A stretch of 63,383 nucleotides of DNA, counting the filler, from an uncultured Methanosarcinales archaeon (GTDB taxonomy: Archaea > Nanobdellota > Nanobdellia > Woesearchaeales > CAYXTQ01): the NCBI GenBank assembly GCA_964608065.1. It is 3 parts of 3 records of this genome, joined end to end, with 100 filler letters (N's around TTAATTAATTAA, not from the genome) between each part and the next. Parts side by side here need not be neighbours in the genome. Positions count along the whole stretch, not along the records: positions 22,171 to 43,828 come from CAZSMA010000013.1; positions 43,929 to 63,383 come from CAZSMA010000018.1; 1 more part is not named here. One strand, written 5' to 3'. Positions 38,563 to 47,617 of this stretch are shown here, piece by piece; position 1 is the first letter of the stretch, and every line of letters starts with the position of its first letter. Below the pieces are notes generated by a model, which saw only the letters and a list, made by a program, of their open reading frames with translations, did not search any database and was not told the origin of the DNA. Made by a program: the position numbers and the translations under genes.

Positions 38563-39048
38563 TTACAGCTCTTCAATCCTTTTCTTTAGTAACTCTATGG
38601 GTGAGTTTTTCATTAAACCTACATCTGAGAAAATGTTCATCTTTTGTATTTCAATAAGACCAGAGTATTTTTTCTTTATTGTTGCAAAATAATTATCAAG
38701 CTCTTCCAAAGATTTAAAGCCAGCAATAAAGATATTAGTTATGTTGGTTTCCGGCAATCTAAAAGAGCCAATAATATTTGGGCTGTCAAATAAGTCCATT
38801 TTTGTCTTTAAGCCTTTCTCAGTTATTTTTAGCTGAACTATTGCAAATGCCTTTATTCCAATTTTTTCATAATCTATTATTGTAGTGTATCTTTTAATAA
38901 TTCCGTTATTCTCAAATTTTTTTCTTATTTTTCTAACAGCTTGTACAGAAACCTTAAGCTTCTTAGCAATAGAACTATCACTAGCCCTTCCATTATCAAT
39001 AAGCCCTTTTAGAACAAATTTTTCGTTTTTTGTTAGTTTTAGTTCCAT
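38563..39048 (-). CDS. Lrp/AsnC-family transcriptional regulator
   Basis: NGRASDSSIAKKLKVSVQAVRKIRKKFENNGII HTH plus RAM-like domain. Confidence 0.85.
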   Translation of the reverse strand: MELKLTKNEKFVLKGLIDNGRASDSSIAKKLKVSVQAVRKIRKKFENNGIIKRYTTIIDYEKIGIKAFAIVQLKITEKGLKTKMDLFDSPNIIGSFRLPETNITNIFIAGFKSLEELDNYFATIKKKYSGLIEIQKMNIFSDVGLMKNSPIELLKKRIEEL

Positions 39049-39123
39049 TTTATATTAATAGAATAATGATTGGTTTAAATATTTAACGGAAATTTTTTAT
39101 AAATAAGAAAATAAGTTTAAAAT

Positions 39124-40521
39124 ATGAACATAATTGATGAAGAAAGAATAAACAAAGCACTGAAAGAAAATATAAACCCCCCTAATGAGAAAATAAGGAG
39201 GATCTTAAAAAAAAGTCTGAAACTAAAAGGGCTGGATTTAGACGATACCTCATCTTTATTGAGTATAGATTCTAAAAATAAGGCTCTGATGGAAGAGCTT
39301 TTTACTACTGCATTTAAAATTAAAAATGCAATATACGGCAACAGACTTGTGTTATTTGCGCCACTTTATGTTTCAAACTATTGTTCTAATGATTGTTTGT
39401 ATTGCGGGTTTAGGAGAAGCAATAAATATATGAAAAGAAAAATATTAACAGAAGATGAAATTAGGCAGGAGGTTGAGTTTTTAGAAAAACAAGGTCACAA
39501 AAGAATATTAATGTTAATGGGTGAGGCTTTTAAAGAATACAGTTTTGATGATTTTTTAAGAGCTATAAAGACTGCTTATTCTGTTATTACTAAACCAAGA
39601 GGGGAAATTAGAAGGATTAATGTTGAAATTCCGCCGTTAAGTATGGAACAATTTAGGAAACTAAAAGAAGCAAAGATCGGGACTTTTACAATGTTTCAGG
39701 AAACATATCACAAGGAAACTTATGAAAAAATGCACCCCTCTGGAAAAAAAAAGGACTATTACTGGAGGTTAGAAACGATGGATAGGGCACAGAAAGCCGG
39801 AATAGATGATGTTGGTATTGGTGTTTTATTTGGCCTTTATGACTATAAATTTGAGGTCTTAGCTTTATTAATGCACGCACAACATTTGGATAAAACATTT
39901 GGTACAGGACCACACACAATCTCTATACCAAGAATAGAGCCTGCACAAAATGCACCAGTAGCAAACAACATTCCTTGTCCTGTTTCTGATGAAGATTTCA
40001 AAAAATTAGTAGCTGTTATAAGATGTTCTGTACCTTATACTGGAATGATTTTATCAACAAGAGAATCTCCTAAAATTAGGAGAGAATTATTTTATTTAGG
40101 TGTAAGCCAAATTTCTGCTGGTTCAAAAACAAATCCTGGGGGTTATAAAGAATCAAAAATTAATCCTGAAAATGAAGAACAGTTTGCTTTAAGTGATACA
40201 AGATCAACTAAAGTGGTGATTAAGGATATGATGAAACATGGCTTTATCCCCTCTTTTTGTACTGCGTGTTATAGGATTGGAAGAACAGGCAAGGATTTTA
40301 TGGATTTAGCAAAACCAGGCTTAATACAAAATTACTGTCAGCCGAATGCTTTGCTGACATTACAGGAATATCTTGGAGACTATGCTGATGAAGAAGCAAA
40401 AAGAATTGGGGGGGATTTAATCGAGAAAGAAATGAAAAAAATAAAGAATAAAAAAATTAAAGGAGAATTTTATAAGAAATTAAAGAGAATTAAAAATGGT
40501 AAAAGAGACTTATATTTCTGA
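39124..40521 (+). CDS. hydG: [FeFe]-hydrogenase H-cluster radical SAM maturase HydG
   Basis: FAPLYVSNYCSNDCLYC, FQETY, GPHTIS, STRE, C-terminal CTAC-x22-C (absent from ThiH). Confidence 0.95.
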   Translation: MNIIDEERINKALKENINPPNEKIRRILKKSLKLKGLDLDDTSSLLSIDSKNKALMEELFTTAFKIKNAIYGNRLVLFAPLYVSNYCSNDCLYCGFRRSNKYMKRKILTEDEIRQEVEFLEKQGHKRILMLMGEAFKEYSFDDFLRAIKTAYSVITKPRGEIRRINVEIPPLSMEQFRKLKEAKIGTFTMFQETYHKETYEKMHPSGKKKDYYWRLETMDRAQKAGIDDVGIGVLFGLYDYKFEVLALLMHAQHLDKTFGTGPHTISIPRIEPAQNAPVANNIPCPVSDEDFKKLVAVIRCSVPYTGMILSTRESPKIRRELFYLGVSQISAGSKTNPGGYKESKINPENEEQFALSDTRSTKVVIKDMMKHGFIPSFCTACYRIGRTGKDFMDLAKPGLIQNYCQPNALLTLQEYLGDYADEEAKRIGGDLIEKEMKKIKNKKIKGEFYKKLKRIKNGKRDLYF

Positions 40522-41563
40522 ACTTGATTATATTTTGAATAAAGAACTTACTAAAAAGAATATTATTTTTTTATTAGGATTAGGAAAAAAAGATGAGTTG
40601 AACAAATTATTTAAAAAAGCTGATGAAATAAGAAAAAAATATATTGGTGATGATATTCATATAAGAGGCATTCTTGAATTCTCCAACTACTGCAAAAATG
40701 ATTGTTTATATTGCGGAATAAGAAGATCAAATTTAAAATTAAAGAGATACAGAATTAAACCACAAGAAATAGTAAAAATTGCAGAAAATGCTGTAAAGAA
40801 TCTTGGTTTTAAGACAGTTCTTCTTCAGTCAGGAGAGGATGATTTTTATACAATAGAAATTATGGAAGAAATTATAAAAAACATTTTAAAAAAATGTGAT
40901 TGTAGAATTGCCCTAAGTATTGGTGAAAGGGATATTGCTGAATATAAAAAATTTTATGAAGCAGGAGCAAGAAGGTGTTTGATAAGGTTTGAGACGTCAA
41001 ACAAAGAATTGTTTAAGAAATTACACCCAAAATCTTCTTTAACAAAAAATAATTTTGAGGAAAGAATAGAGTTAATAAAAAAATTAAAGAAAATTGGTTA
41101 TCAAGTTGGAACTGGTCCTATGATTGGTTTGCCTGGACAAAAAATAAAGGATTTAGTAGAAGATGTCTTGTTTTACAATAAATTAAACATTAATATGGCT
41201 GGTATGGGTCCTTTTATTTGCCATCCTAATACACCCCTTGCTGGCAATTTAGACGGTAAATTTGAAATGAGTTTAAAGATGATTGCTGTTACAAGAATAG
41301 TTTGTAAAGATATATTTATTTCTGCAACAACTGCTTTACAGACTTTAAATAAGTTAAATGGGAGGGAACTTGCTTTGCAAGCAGGGGCTAATCTTCTTAT
41401 GCCAAATATAACTCCGAAAAGATACAGGGAGTTTTATCAGTTGTATCCCAATAAAGTTTGTATTTATGAAAACCCATATGATTGTGCTAATTGTGTTAAA
41501 GGGGTTGTTCAATCAGTTGGAAGAACTATTGGAAAAAGCTATGGAGATACCATAAGAAAATGA
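40496..41563 (+). CDS. hydE: [FeFe]-hydrogenase radical SAM maturase HydE
   Basis: RGILEFSNYCKNDCLYC, LQSGED, ATTAL, MPNITP, YQLYPNK, Cx7Cx2C. Confidence 0.93.
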   Translation: MVKETYISELDYILNKELTKKNIIFLLGLGKKDELNKLFKKADEIRKKYIGDDIHIRGILEFSNYCKNDCLYCGIRRSNLKLKRYRIKPQEIVKIAENAVKNLGFKTVLLQSGEDDFYTIEIMEEIIKNILKKCDCRIALSIGERDIAEYKKFYEAGARRCLIRFETSNKELFKKLHPKSSLTKNNFEERIELIKKLKKIGYQVGTGPMIGLPGQKIKDLVEDVLFYNKLNINMAGMGPFICHPNTPLAGNLDGKFEMSLKMIAVTRIVCKDIFISATTALQTLNKLNGRELALQAGANLLMPNITPKRYREFYQLYPNKVCIYENPYDCANCVKGVVQSVGRTIGKSYGDTIRK

Positions 41564-42810
41564 TTGAGCGAGATAATATTGGAATTTTTGGAAAAGTCAA
41601 CTCAGGCAAAAGTAGTTTGATGAACCTCTTGACACAGCAGGAATGTTCAATTGTTGATTCTAAGCCAGGTACTACAGCTGATTCAAAGATAACTTTATGT
41701 GAGATACATGGGGTGGGGCCAGTTAAGTTGTTTGATACTGCTGGGATGGATGAAAAAGGGAGATTAGGTAATAAGAAAAGAAAGAAAGCACTAAATGACT
41801 TAAAAGAATGTGATTTAATATTACTTATAATTGATCCGAGAACAAATAATTTTGAAACAGAGAATTATATAATCTCTAAAGCAAGGGAGTATAATAAGCA
41901 ACTTTTTATTGTTTGTAATATCTTTAAAGATAATTCAGATATTACATCTGTTGAATCAAAGTTAAAATATTCACAATTCTACAAGAAAATACAGCTTAAA
42001 GCAATTAACATTAATGATAGACAGAGGTTATTAAACTTTATACTTGATAATTTTGAATCTAAAAATAAAAAAATAAAATTATTACCTTTTGTTGAGCGTG
42101 ATGAATACTATCTGTTAAATATTCCAATGGATGCAGAAACTCCGCCTGGAAGATATTTAAGGCCACAGGCAATGGCTGAGGAATTTATTACAAGAAATTT
42201 TGCGTTTCCTATTTCTTATAGGATGGATTTAAGCATAGCAAGAAGTAAAAACTTTGAAACTGAGAAAAAAAGATATCTAAATGTGCTTAAAGGTTTGAAA
42301 ATAAAAAAGATTAAATGTATTATAACAGATTCACAGGCAATGGATGTTATTGATAAGTGGACTCCTAAGGAGTATGGACTTACGACATTCTCCATTATGA
42401 TGATTAATTACATGAGCAAAGGTAAATTAAAATTATTTGTAGATGGCATTAAAGCGTTAAAGGGTTTAAGACGAGGAGACAAAATTTTAATTGCAGAAGC
42501 TTGCAACCATTCACGTATAGAAGAAGATATTGGGACTGTTCAGATACCTAGATATATAAAAAAGAATTATCCTGGTGTAATAGTTGATCATAATTTTGGC
42601 AGAGAATTTAAGGACAATGAAAAACTTTCTGAATATAAATTGATAATCCACTGCGGGGGCTGTATGATTGATTCACAAAAACTAAAAGCAAGGTTGTATG
42701 ATCTAGAAGCAATAGGCGTGCCAATAACTAACTATGGAATATTTTTATCTTATATGCAATGTGAAGAAACATTAAGAAGAGTGCTAAAACCATGGAGAAT
42801 TAATTTTTAA
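41560..42810 (+). CDS. hydF: [FeFe]-hydrogenase maturation GTPase HydF
   Basis: GKVNSGKS, GTT, DTAG, TDSQ, FSI, ACNH...HCGGC, TNYG. Confidence 0.93.
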   Translation: MIERDNIGIFGKVNSGKSSLMNLLTQQECSIVDSKPGTTADSKITLCEIHGVGPVKLFDTAGMDEKGRLGNKKRKKALNDLKECDLILLIIDPRTNNFETENYIISKAREYNKQLFIVCNIFKDNSDITSVESKLKYSQFYKKIQLKAININDRQRLLNFILDNFESKNKKIKLLPFVERDEYYLLNIPMDAETPPGRYLRPQAMAEEFITRNFAFPISYRMDLSIARSKNFETEKKRYLNVLKGLKIKKIKCIITDSQAMDVIDKWTPKEYGLTTFSIMMINYMSKGKLKLFVDGIKALKGLRRGDKILIAEACNHSRIEEDIGTVQIPRYIKKNYPGVIVDHNFGREFKDNEKLSEYKLIIHCGGCMIDSQKLKARLYDLEAIGVPITNYGIFLSYMQCEETLRRVLKPWRINF

Positions 42811-42821
42811 ATTCTTAACTT

Positions 42822-43784
42822 CTATATCTCTTTATCTTTGAGCTGGTTAACAACAACTTGTTTATTTAATTTTCCTTTTCCGTATTTAACTATGACTTTA
42901 TTTTCTTTTGCATCAGAATATCTTGCTGTTAATGAAGCAGCTAATTCAAGGCCTTTTTTTTCCGGCTTACCTTTTAATATTGTTGTTGGGCCAACATAGT
43001 CTTTTACTTCAAGCACAATATCTGATTTTTGTTTTAATTTTAATAGTGCTTTGTTTTCTTTTTCGTTTCTTCCTACAATTATTTTATTTTTTTTTATTCT
43101 AAAGTGCCTGCCTAAGTTTAATAATTTGATGTCATTAATGCTTACTTTTTTTTTTGTGTCTAATAGATCCCTCATTTTTTTTGCATATTCCCTGTCTGTT
43201 AGCCTGCAGCCAGAACCTCCGCACATAAAACCATCTATTTTGTATTTTTTGGCTAAATCAAGCTGTGGAGTTCTTCTTCTTCCTTCAAATTTTAATGTTT
43301 TTTTTCTGTCAATCCATCCATGTTTTTCTGCTTCTGTTTCAGGCAGCAATCCTGCACAAAGGGGTCTTACTAATTTTCCTTTTAATCCGCTTTCTTTTTC
43401 TATCAGCATCAATGTTTTATAATGTTGGGACATTGGTCTTTGGCCTAAAACTTCACCTGTGAAAACAAATTTTGCTCCAATCTCTTTTGCATATTTCTTT
43501 GCTTTTTTCATGATATATATTTTACAATCAATACAAGGATTAATATTTTTTCCATAACCATGTTTCGGATGCCGTATTATTTTCAAATAGTCTTTTCCTT
43601 TGTTCATTAATTTGATAGGAACATTAAGTTTTTTAGCTAAACCAGCTATAGAGCACCCTTCTCCAACACAAGTACAGAATGGGCTGACAAAGTTTAATGC
43701 AATTACTTCTATGCCTTGGTCTTGCACTATTTTTATAGCTAAAGCTGAGTCTAAACCACCAGAAAATAATCCTACTGCTTTCAT
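42822..43784 (-). CDS. ThiI-related PP-loop sulfurtransferase-like protein (no THUMP; DUF814-like C-terminus)
   Basis: SGGLDS, NPCIDCK, TGEVLGQRPMSQ, GCRLT, GRHFR, VGRNEKEN. Confidence 0.75.
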   Translation of the reverse strand: MKAVGLFSGGLDSALAIKIVQDQGIEVIALNFVSPFCTCVGEGCSIAGLAKKLNVPIKLMNKGKDYLKIIRHPKHGYGKNINPCIDCKIYIMKKAKKYAKEIGAKFVFTGEVLGQRPMSQHYKTLMLIEKESGLKGKLVRPLCAGLLPETEAEKHGWIDRKKTLKFEGRRRTPQLDLAKKYKIDGFMCGGSGCRLTDREYAKKMRDLLDTKKKVSINDIKLLNLGRHFRIKKNKIIVGRNEKENKALLKLKQKSDIVLEVKDYVGPTTILKGKPEKKGLELAASLTARYSDAKENKVIVKYGKGKLNKQVVVNQLKDKEI

Positions 43785-43828
43785 ATTGTGTTATTAGATT
43801 TAATGAATGCTTTTAAAGTTTTCTATGT

Positions 43829-43928
43829 NNNNNNNNNNNNNNNNNNNNNNNNNNNNNNNNNNNNNNNNNNNNTTAATTAATTAANNNNNNNNNNNNNNNN
43901 NNNNNNNNNNNNNNNNNNNNNNNNNNNN
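43829..43928. other. Artificial contig linker N44-TTAATTAATTAA-N44
   Basis: Linker at 43873-43884. Confidence 0.97.
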
Positions 43929-44660
43929 CTCATCATTGTCGATCTTAGTTATATTGTTATAAACCCTAACACTTTCATTAAATTTATTGAACTTTAAAAC
44001 ATAGTCATCATAAATTTCTTTTAATAGATTGTAATCTGTTGAAGTATCTGGAGAACCAAGTGCGTCGTTCCATCTAATAACTGCATCATCAACTTGTATT
44101 TGTTGTTTATTTATATTATCAATTAAGTAGGTTTGGTTTGTAATACTGCCTAAATAGTTTTGGAATGTAATCTTATTTCCAACATAAACCCCCATCATTC
44201 TATCTAGCTCACTTTTATCATTGACGACATTTTCATTAATAATACTAAATATACTTGGATTATCATAATCAATACTAACTATACTGTCATATATCCCAAC
44301 ACCCTCACTAAATTTATTGAACTTTAAAACATAGTCATCATAAATTTCTTTTAATAGATTGTAATCTGTTGAAGTATCTGGAGAACTAAGTGCGTCGTTC
44401 CATCTTACAGTAACATCATCTACTTGTATTTGCTGTTTGGTTAAATAATCAATTAAGCTATCATATGTTCTGAGAAGTTCAAATTCATAAGATTTAACTT
44501 CTTTTTTTAGAATATTGTTTTTTGATGATTGGTACAGATAAGATGATACTAAGAGTATTATTAAGATTAACACTATAATTGCATACTTATTTCTAAAAAT
44601 AGAATTTCTTGTAGATTCCTGCTTTTTAAATGATCCCCCATTCATGTTACAATATAACAT
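43929..44660 (-). CDS. Membrane-anchored helical repeat protein (3' end lost at contig end)
   Basis: N-terminal TM; duplicated KQQIQVDD..RWNDAL.SPDTSTDYNLLKEIYDDYVLKFNKF unit. Confidence 0.7.
43979..44405. repeat. Intragenic direct repeat, period 330 bp
   Basis: 43979-44075 versus 44309-44405: about 97 bp with one mismatch, flanks more diverged. Confidence 0.9.
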
Positions 44661-44695
44661 AATACTGACTTTATAAACTTTCTTATTTTTATTAC

Positions 44696-44708
44696 GAAAG
44701 TTTTATAA
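44696..44708 (+). promoter_or_regulatory. Archaeal BRE-TATA promoter of the first radical SAM gene
   Basis: (C)GAAAG-TTTTATAA ending 24 nt before ATG 44733. Confidence 0.6.
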
Positions 44709-44732
44709 CTTTATTATGATATAAAAGAAATT

Positions 44733-46208
44733 ATGAAAATACTACTTATAAATCCGCCAACATTGCATACAAAATGGAATATCATAGGAGCTGTAAATCC
44801 TCCTTTGAGTATTATGTATCTAAGTGCAGTTGCGAAGCAAAAAGGTTATGAGGTTGAGATATTGGATGCTTTAGCAGAGGCTCCTAGCAATGTTAATAGC
44901 TATAATGGATTTGAATATAAGGGAATGTCTTTTAAGGAAATAGCAGAGCATTGTAAAAAGTTTGATATTGTCGGTATAACAAATCTTTTTTCATATTCTT
45001 TTCCAATAGTTTCAGCGCTTTCTTCAGAAATAAAGAATAAAATAAATATTCCCATTGTGGTTGGAGGTACACATGCAAGCGCTTTGCCAGAATATTCACT
45101 GAAAAATTCAGAGATAGATTATGTTTTAATTGGAGAGGGTGAGGATAGTTTTATTGAACTTTTAGATTCTTTAAAGAATGGAGAAAATGTCAAAAGTATT
45201 AAAGGCATAGGATATAAGAAAGGTAAAGGTGTATTTGTGAATAAAGAGATAAGGTTTGTAAAGAATCTTGATAAATTGCCATTTCCTGACAGAGATGGAA
45301 TAGACTTAGAGCTTTATTATAAAGCAAAAGAAGCACATGGTCCTGTTTCTGGAAAATGGACTCCTATAATGTCCTCCAGGGGCTGCTCATTTAAATGCAC
45401 TTATTGCACTTCCCCTAATTTCAATAATAAGTATAGGTCAAGATCTCCAGAGAATTTTGTCAGAGAGATAGAAGAATGCATAGAAAAGTACGGGATTAAG
45501 GAGTTTATGATTGAGGATGAAAATTTTACACTAGAGAAAAAAAGAGTTATTGAGATATGCAAATTAATATTGAAAAAAAAGTTGAAGATAAAGTGGCAGT
45601 TACCAAATGGCATAAGAGCTAGTGTTACTGACAGAGAAACATTAGAATATATGAAGAAAGCTGGTTGTTTTTATTTGTGTATTGCTCCTGAGTCTGGTTC
45701 AGAGAGAATTTTAGAAGAGGTTATTAATAAAAAACAAAATCTTGATAAGGTTTTGCAAGTTGCTAAAGATTGTGTAGATTTAGGAATCAAAGTTGGTGCT
45801 TTTTTTATCTTAGGATTTCCAACTGAGAAGAAAGAAGATATTAAAAAAACATTAAACTTTGCATTAAAGTTGGCTAGGGTTGGTGTAGATGATGTTATAG
45901 TTTCTAATTTGGGTATGCTGCCTGGATCTGAGATGTTTTATAAGTTCATAAAAGATAAAAGTATTGTTATAGATGATAAATTTTTTACAAGTTTAGTTAC
46001 AATCAGTGATTTTGCTTCAAGAGCGTCATGGTCTGAATATGTTTCTGGAGACTATATTATGAGAATGAGAGGGAGAATAACCTTTTTGTTCCATTTAAAT
46101 AAATTATTTTACCATCCTTTAAAAACAATGAAGTCATTTTTTAATATATTGACTTTAAAGCAAGAGACAAAAACAGAAAAAGCTGCGATAAACCTTATCA
46201 AAAGATAA
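44733..46208 (+). CDS. Cobalamin-binding radical SAM protein 1
   Basis: PPLSIMYL, GGTHAS, GEGE, SSRGCSFKCTYC, PESGS. Confidence 0.92.
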   Translation: MKILLINPPTLHTKWNIIGAVNPPLSIMYLSAVAKQKGYEVEILDALAEAPSNVNSYNGFEYKGMSFKEIAEHCKKFDIVGITNLFSYSFPIVSALSSEIKNKINIPIVVGGTHASALPEYSLKNSEIDYVLIGEGEDSFIELLDSLKNGENVKSIKGIGYKKGKGVFVNKEIRFVKNLDKLPFPDRDGIDLELYYKAKEAHGPVSGKWTPIMSSRGCSFKCTYCTSPNFNNKYRSRSPENFVREIEECIEKYGIKEFMIEDENFTLEKKRVIEICKLILKKKLKIKWQLPNGIRASVTDRETLEYMKKAGCFYLCIAPESGSERILEEVINKKQNLDKVLQVAKDCVDLGIKVGAFFILGFPTEKKEDIKKTLNFALKLARVGVDDVIVSNLGMLPGSEMFYKFIKDKSIVIDDKFFTSLVTISDFASRASWSEYVSGDYIMRMRGRITFLFHLNKLFYHPLKTMKSFFNILTLKQETKTEKAAINLIKR

Positions 46209-46210
46209 AA

Positions 46211-47617
46211 TCATTTTTTAATAGCTTCTATAAGAACTCTTGCATTAGCTTGTTTTGGATACCTGATATTAAGCAAGTAACAGATTGTAGGGCATATGTC
46301 TGTGATTGAAGGTGTATAGTCGAGAACTTTGTTTTTACTGATGCCTTTTCCAACCATTAACAATGGGACTTCTGTTTCTGATTTTGAAGCATAACCATGG
46401 TCCATAACTGTCTGGCCATGGTCTGAGCTGATTATGACTATAGTATCATTTAGAACCTTGTTTTTAGTAAGGAAATTAAAGAAATCCCCCAGTCTTTTAT
46501 CAGTCTCTGTTAATGCTTCAAGATATTTTTTTGAATTACTACCATAAGAGTGACCTATCATATCAATTAGACTTATGTCCACTATAAATAATCTTGAGCT
46601 TTTTTCTAAAATGTCTTTTTTTAGTTTTTGAAATAAAATATCATCAACTTTAAAACCATATTTTGATATAGGTACAACATGTGTATCCCAATTTTTTCTA
46701 CTGATGTCATTGAAGTGTATGTTTCCATAATTAGATGTTTTGACTAAATCAGGTAATGCTTCAAATTTGTGCTCTTTTTTGTAGTTGTTATTCCTTACTT
46801 TATGTTTCTCAGGAGTTGTTCCTGTAAGTATGCTTATGAAAGCAGGGTTAGTCATGGTTGGGTAAACTGATTTTACGCCATATCTGAAATAGGTTCCTTG
46901 TTTTTTTAATTTATCTAAGAAAGGTGTTTTAGCAGCATTAAATTTATCTAATCTTACACCATCAAGATTTAGATAAATGACTCTATTTGCAATTTTTTTT
47001 CTTTGTTTTGGCATAAATCTTTTAGATTTGTGTGATTTAGGCAGAAATAATAGGGTTACAATAAATGCAACTAAAACAAAAAATAATAACAAACCAGCAT
47101 AGATATCATTAAATGGATTTGGTGTAAAAAACGCAAAATAAGAAAAAAAAGTTGAGTAAAATACACATACTATAAGGCTAGAGTTATTTGGTGTTATTGT
47201 AAAAATGCTGTTAAATATAACTCTAAAAATTATACTGATTTTTCCTCTTGAAATTATTTGATAAGGAATATGGTAAACAAACAGATGTGAAAAAAAGAAA
47301 AGTAATATGTTAATGATTAGAAGCTGTACAGCTATTGTTGCATTAAAATTGTTTACATTGAGGAATAAATATAAAAAAACCGGCAAAAATAATATGAAAT
47401 AAGGAAAAAAATTGATTTTTCTCAGAATGATTGATAGGAATAAAATATAAAATATTGAAAAAAAAAAAAAAGGTATATTGAAAATGTTAATGTTCATGAT
47501 AAAACTTAAAATAAGTACACTTGCTAGACCAAAGATTATAAAATAGGTGTCAATAACATTAATTAAGTATATTACTTTGCTTGTATATTTTTCGAATTTA
47601 TGTATTAGGTTTGCCAT
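46211..47617 (-). CDS. Membrane protein with C-terminal alkaline-phosphatase-superfamily (NPP/phosphodiesterase-like) domain
   Basis: Several N-terminal TMs; LDGVR, YPTMTNP (Thr nucleophile region), DMIGHSYG, SSDHG, DHG. Confidence 0.85.
   Translation of the reverse strand: MANLIHKFEKYTSKVIYLINVIDTYFIIFGLASVLILSFIMNINIFNIPFFFFSIFYILFLSIILRKINFFPYFILFLPVFLYLFLNVNNFNATIAVQLLIINILLFFFSHLFVYHIPYQIISRGKISIIFRVIFNSIFTITPNNSSLIVCVFYSTFFSYFAFFTPNPFNDIYAGLLLFFVLVAFIVTLLFLPKSHKSKRFMPKQRKKIANRVIYLNLDGVRLDKFNAAKTPFLDKLKKQGTYFRYGVKSVYPTMTNPAFISILTGTTPEKHKVRNNNYKKEHKFEALPDLVKTSNYGNIHFNDISRKNWDTHVVPISKYGFKVDDILFQKLKKDILEKSSRLFIVDISLIDMIGHSYGSNSKKYLEALTETDKRLGDFFNFLTKNKVLNDTIVIISSDHGQTVMDHGYASKSETEVPLLMVGKGISKNKVLDYTPSITDICPTICYLLNIRYPKQANARVLIEAIKK

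Noticed and set aside
39124..41563. ThiH/BioB interpretation of the two radical SAM genes
   Set aside because: The C-terminal CxxC-x22-C, HydE-specific motifs and adjacent hydF identify them as HydG and HydE.
39124..46208. Apparent super-cluster joining hydGEF with the B12-radical SAM genes
   Set aside because: They lie on different contigs separated by the linker at 43829-43928.
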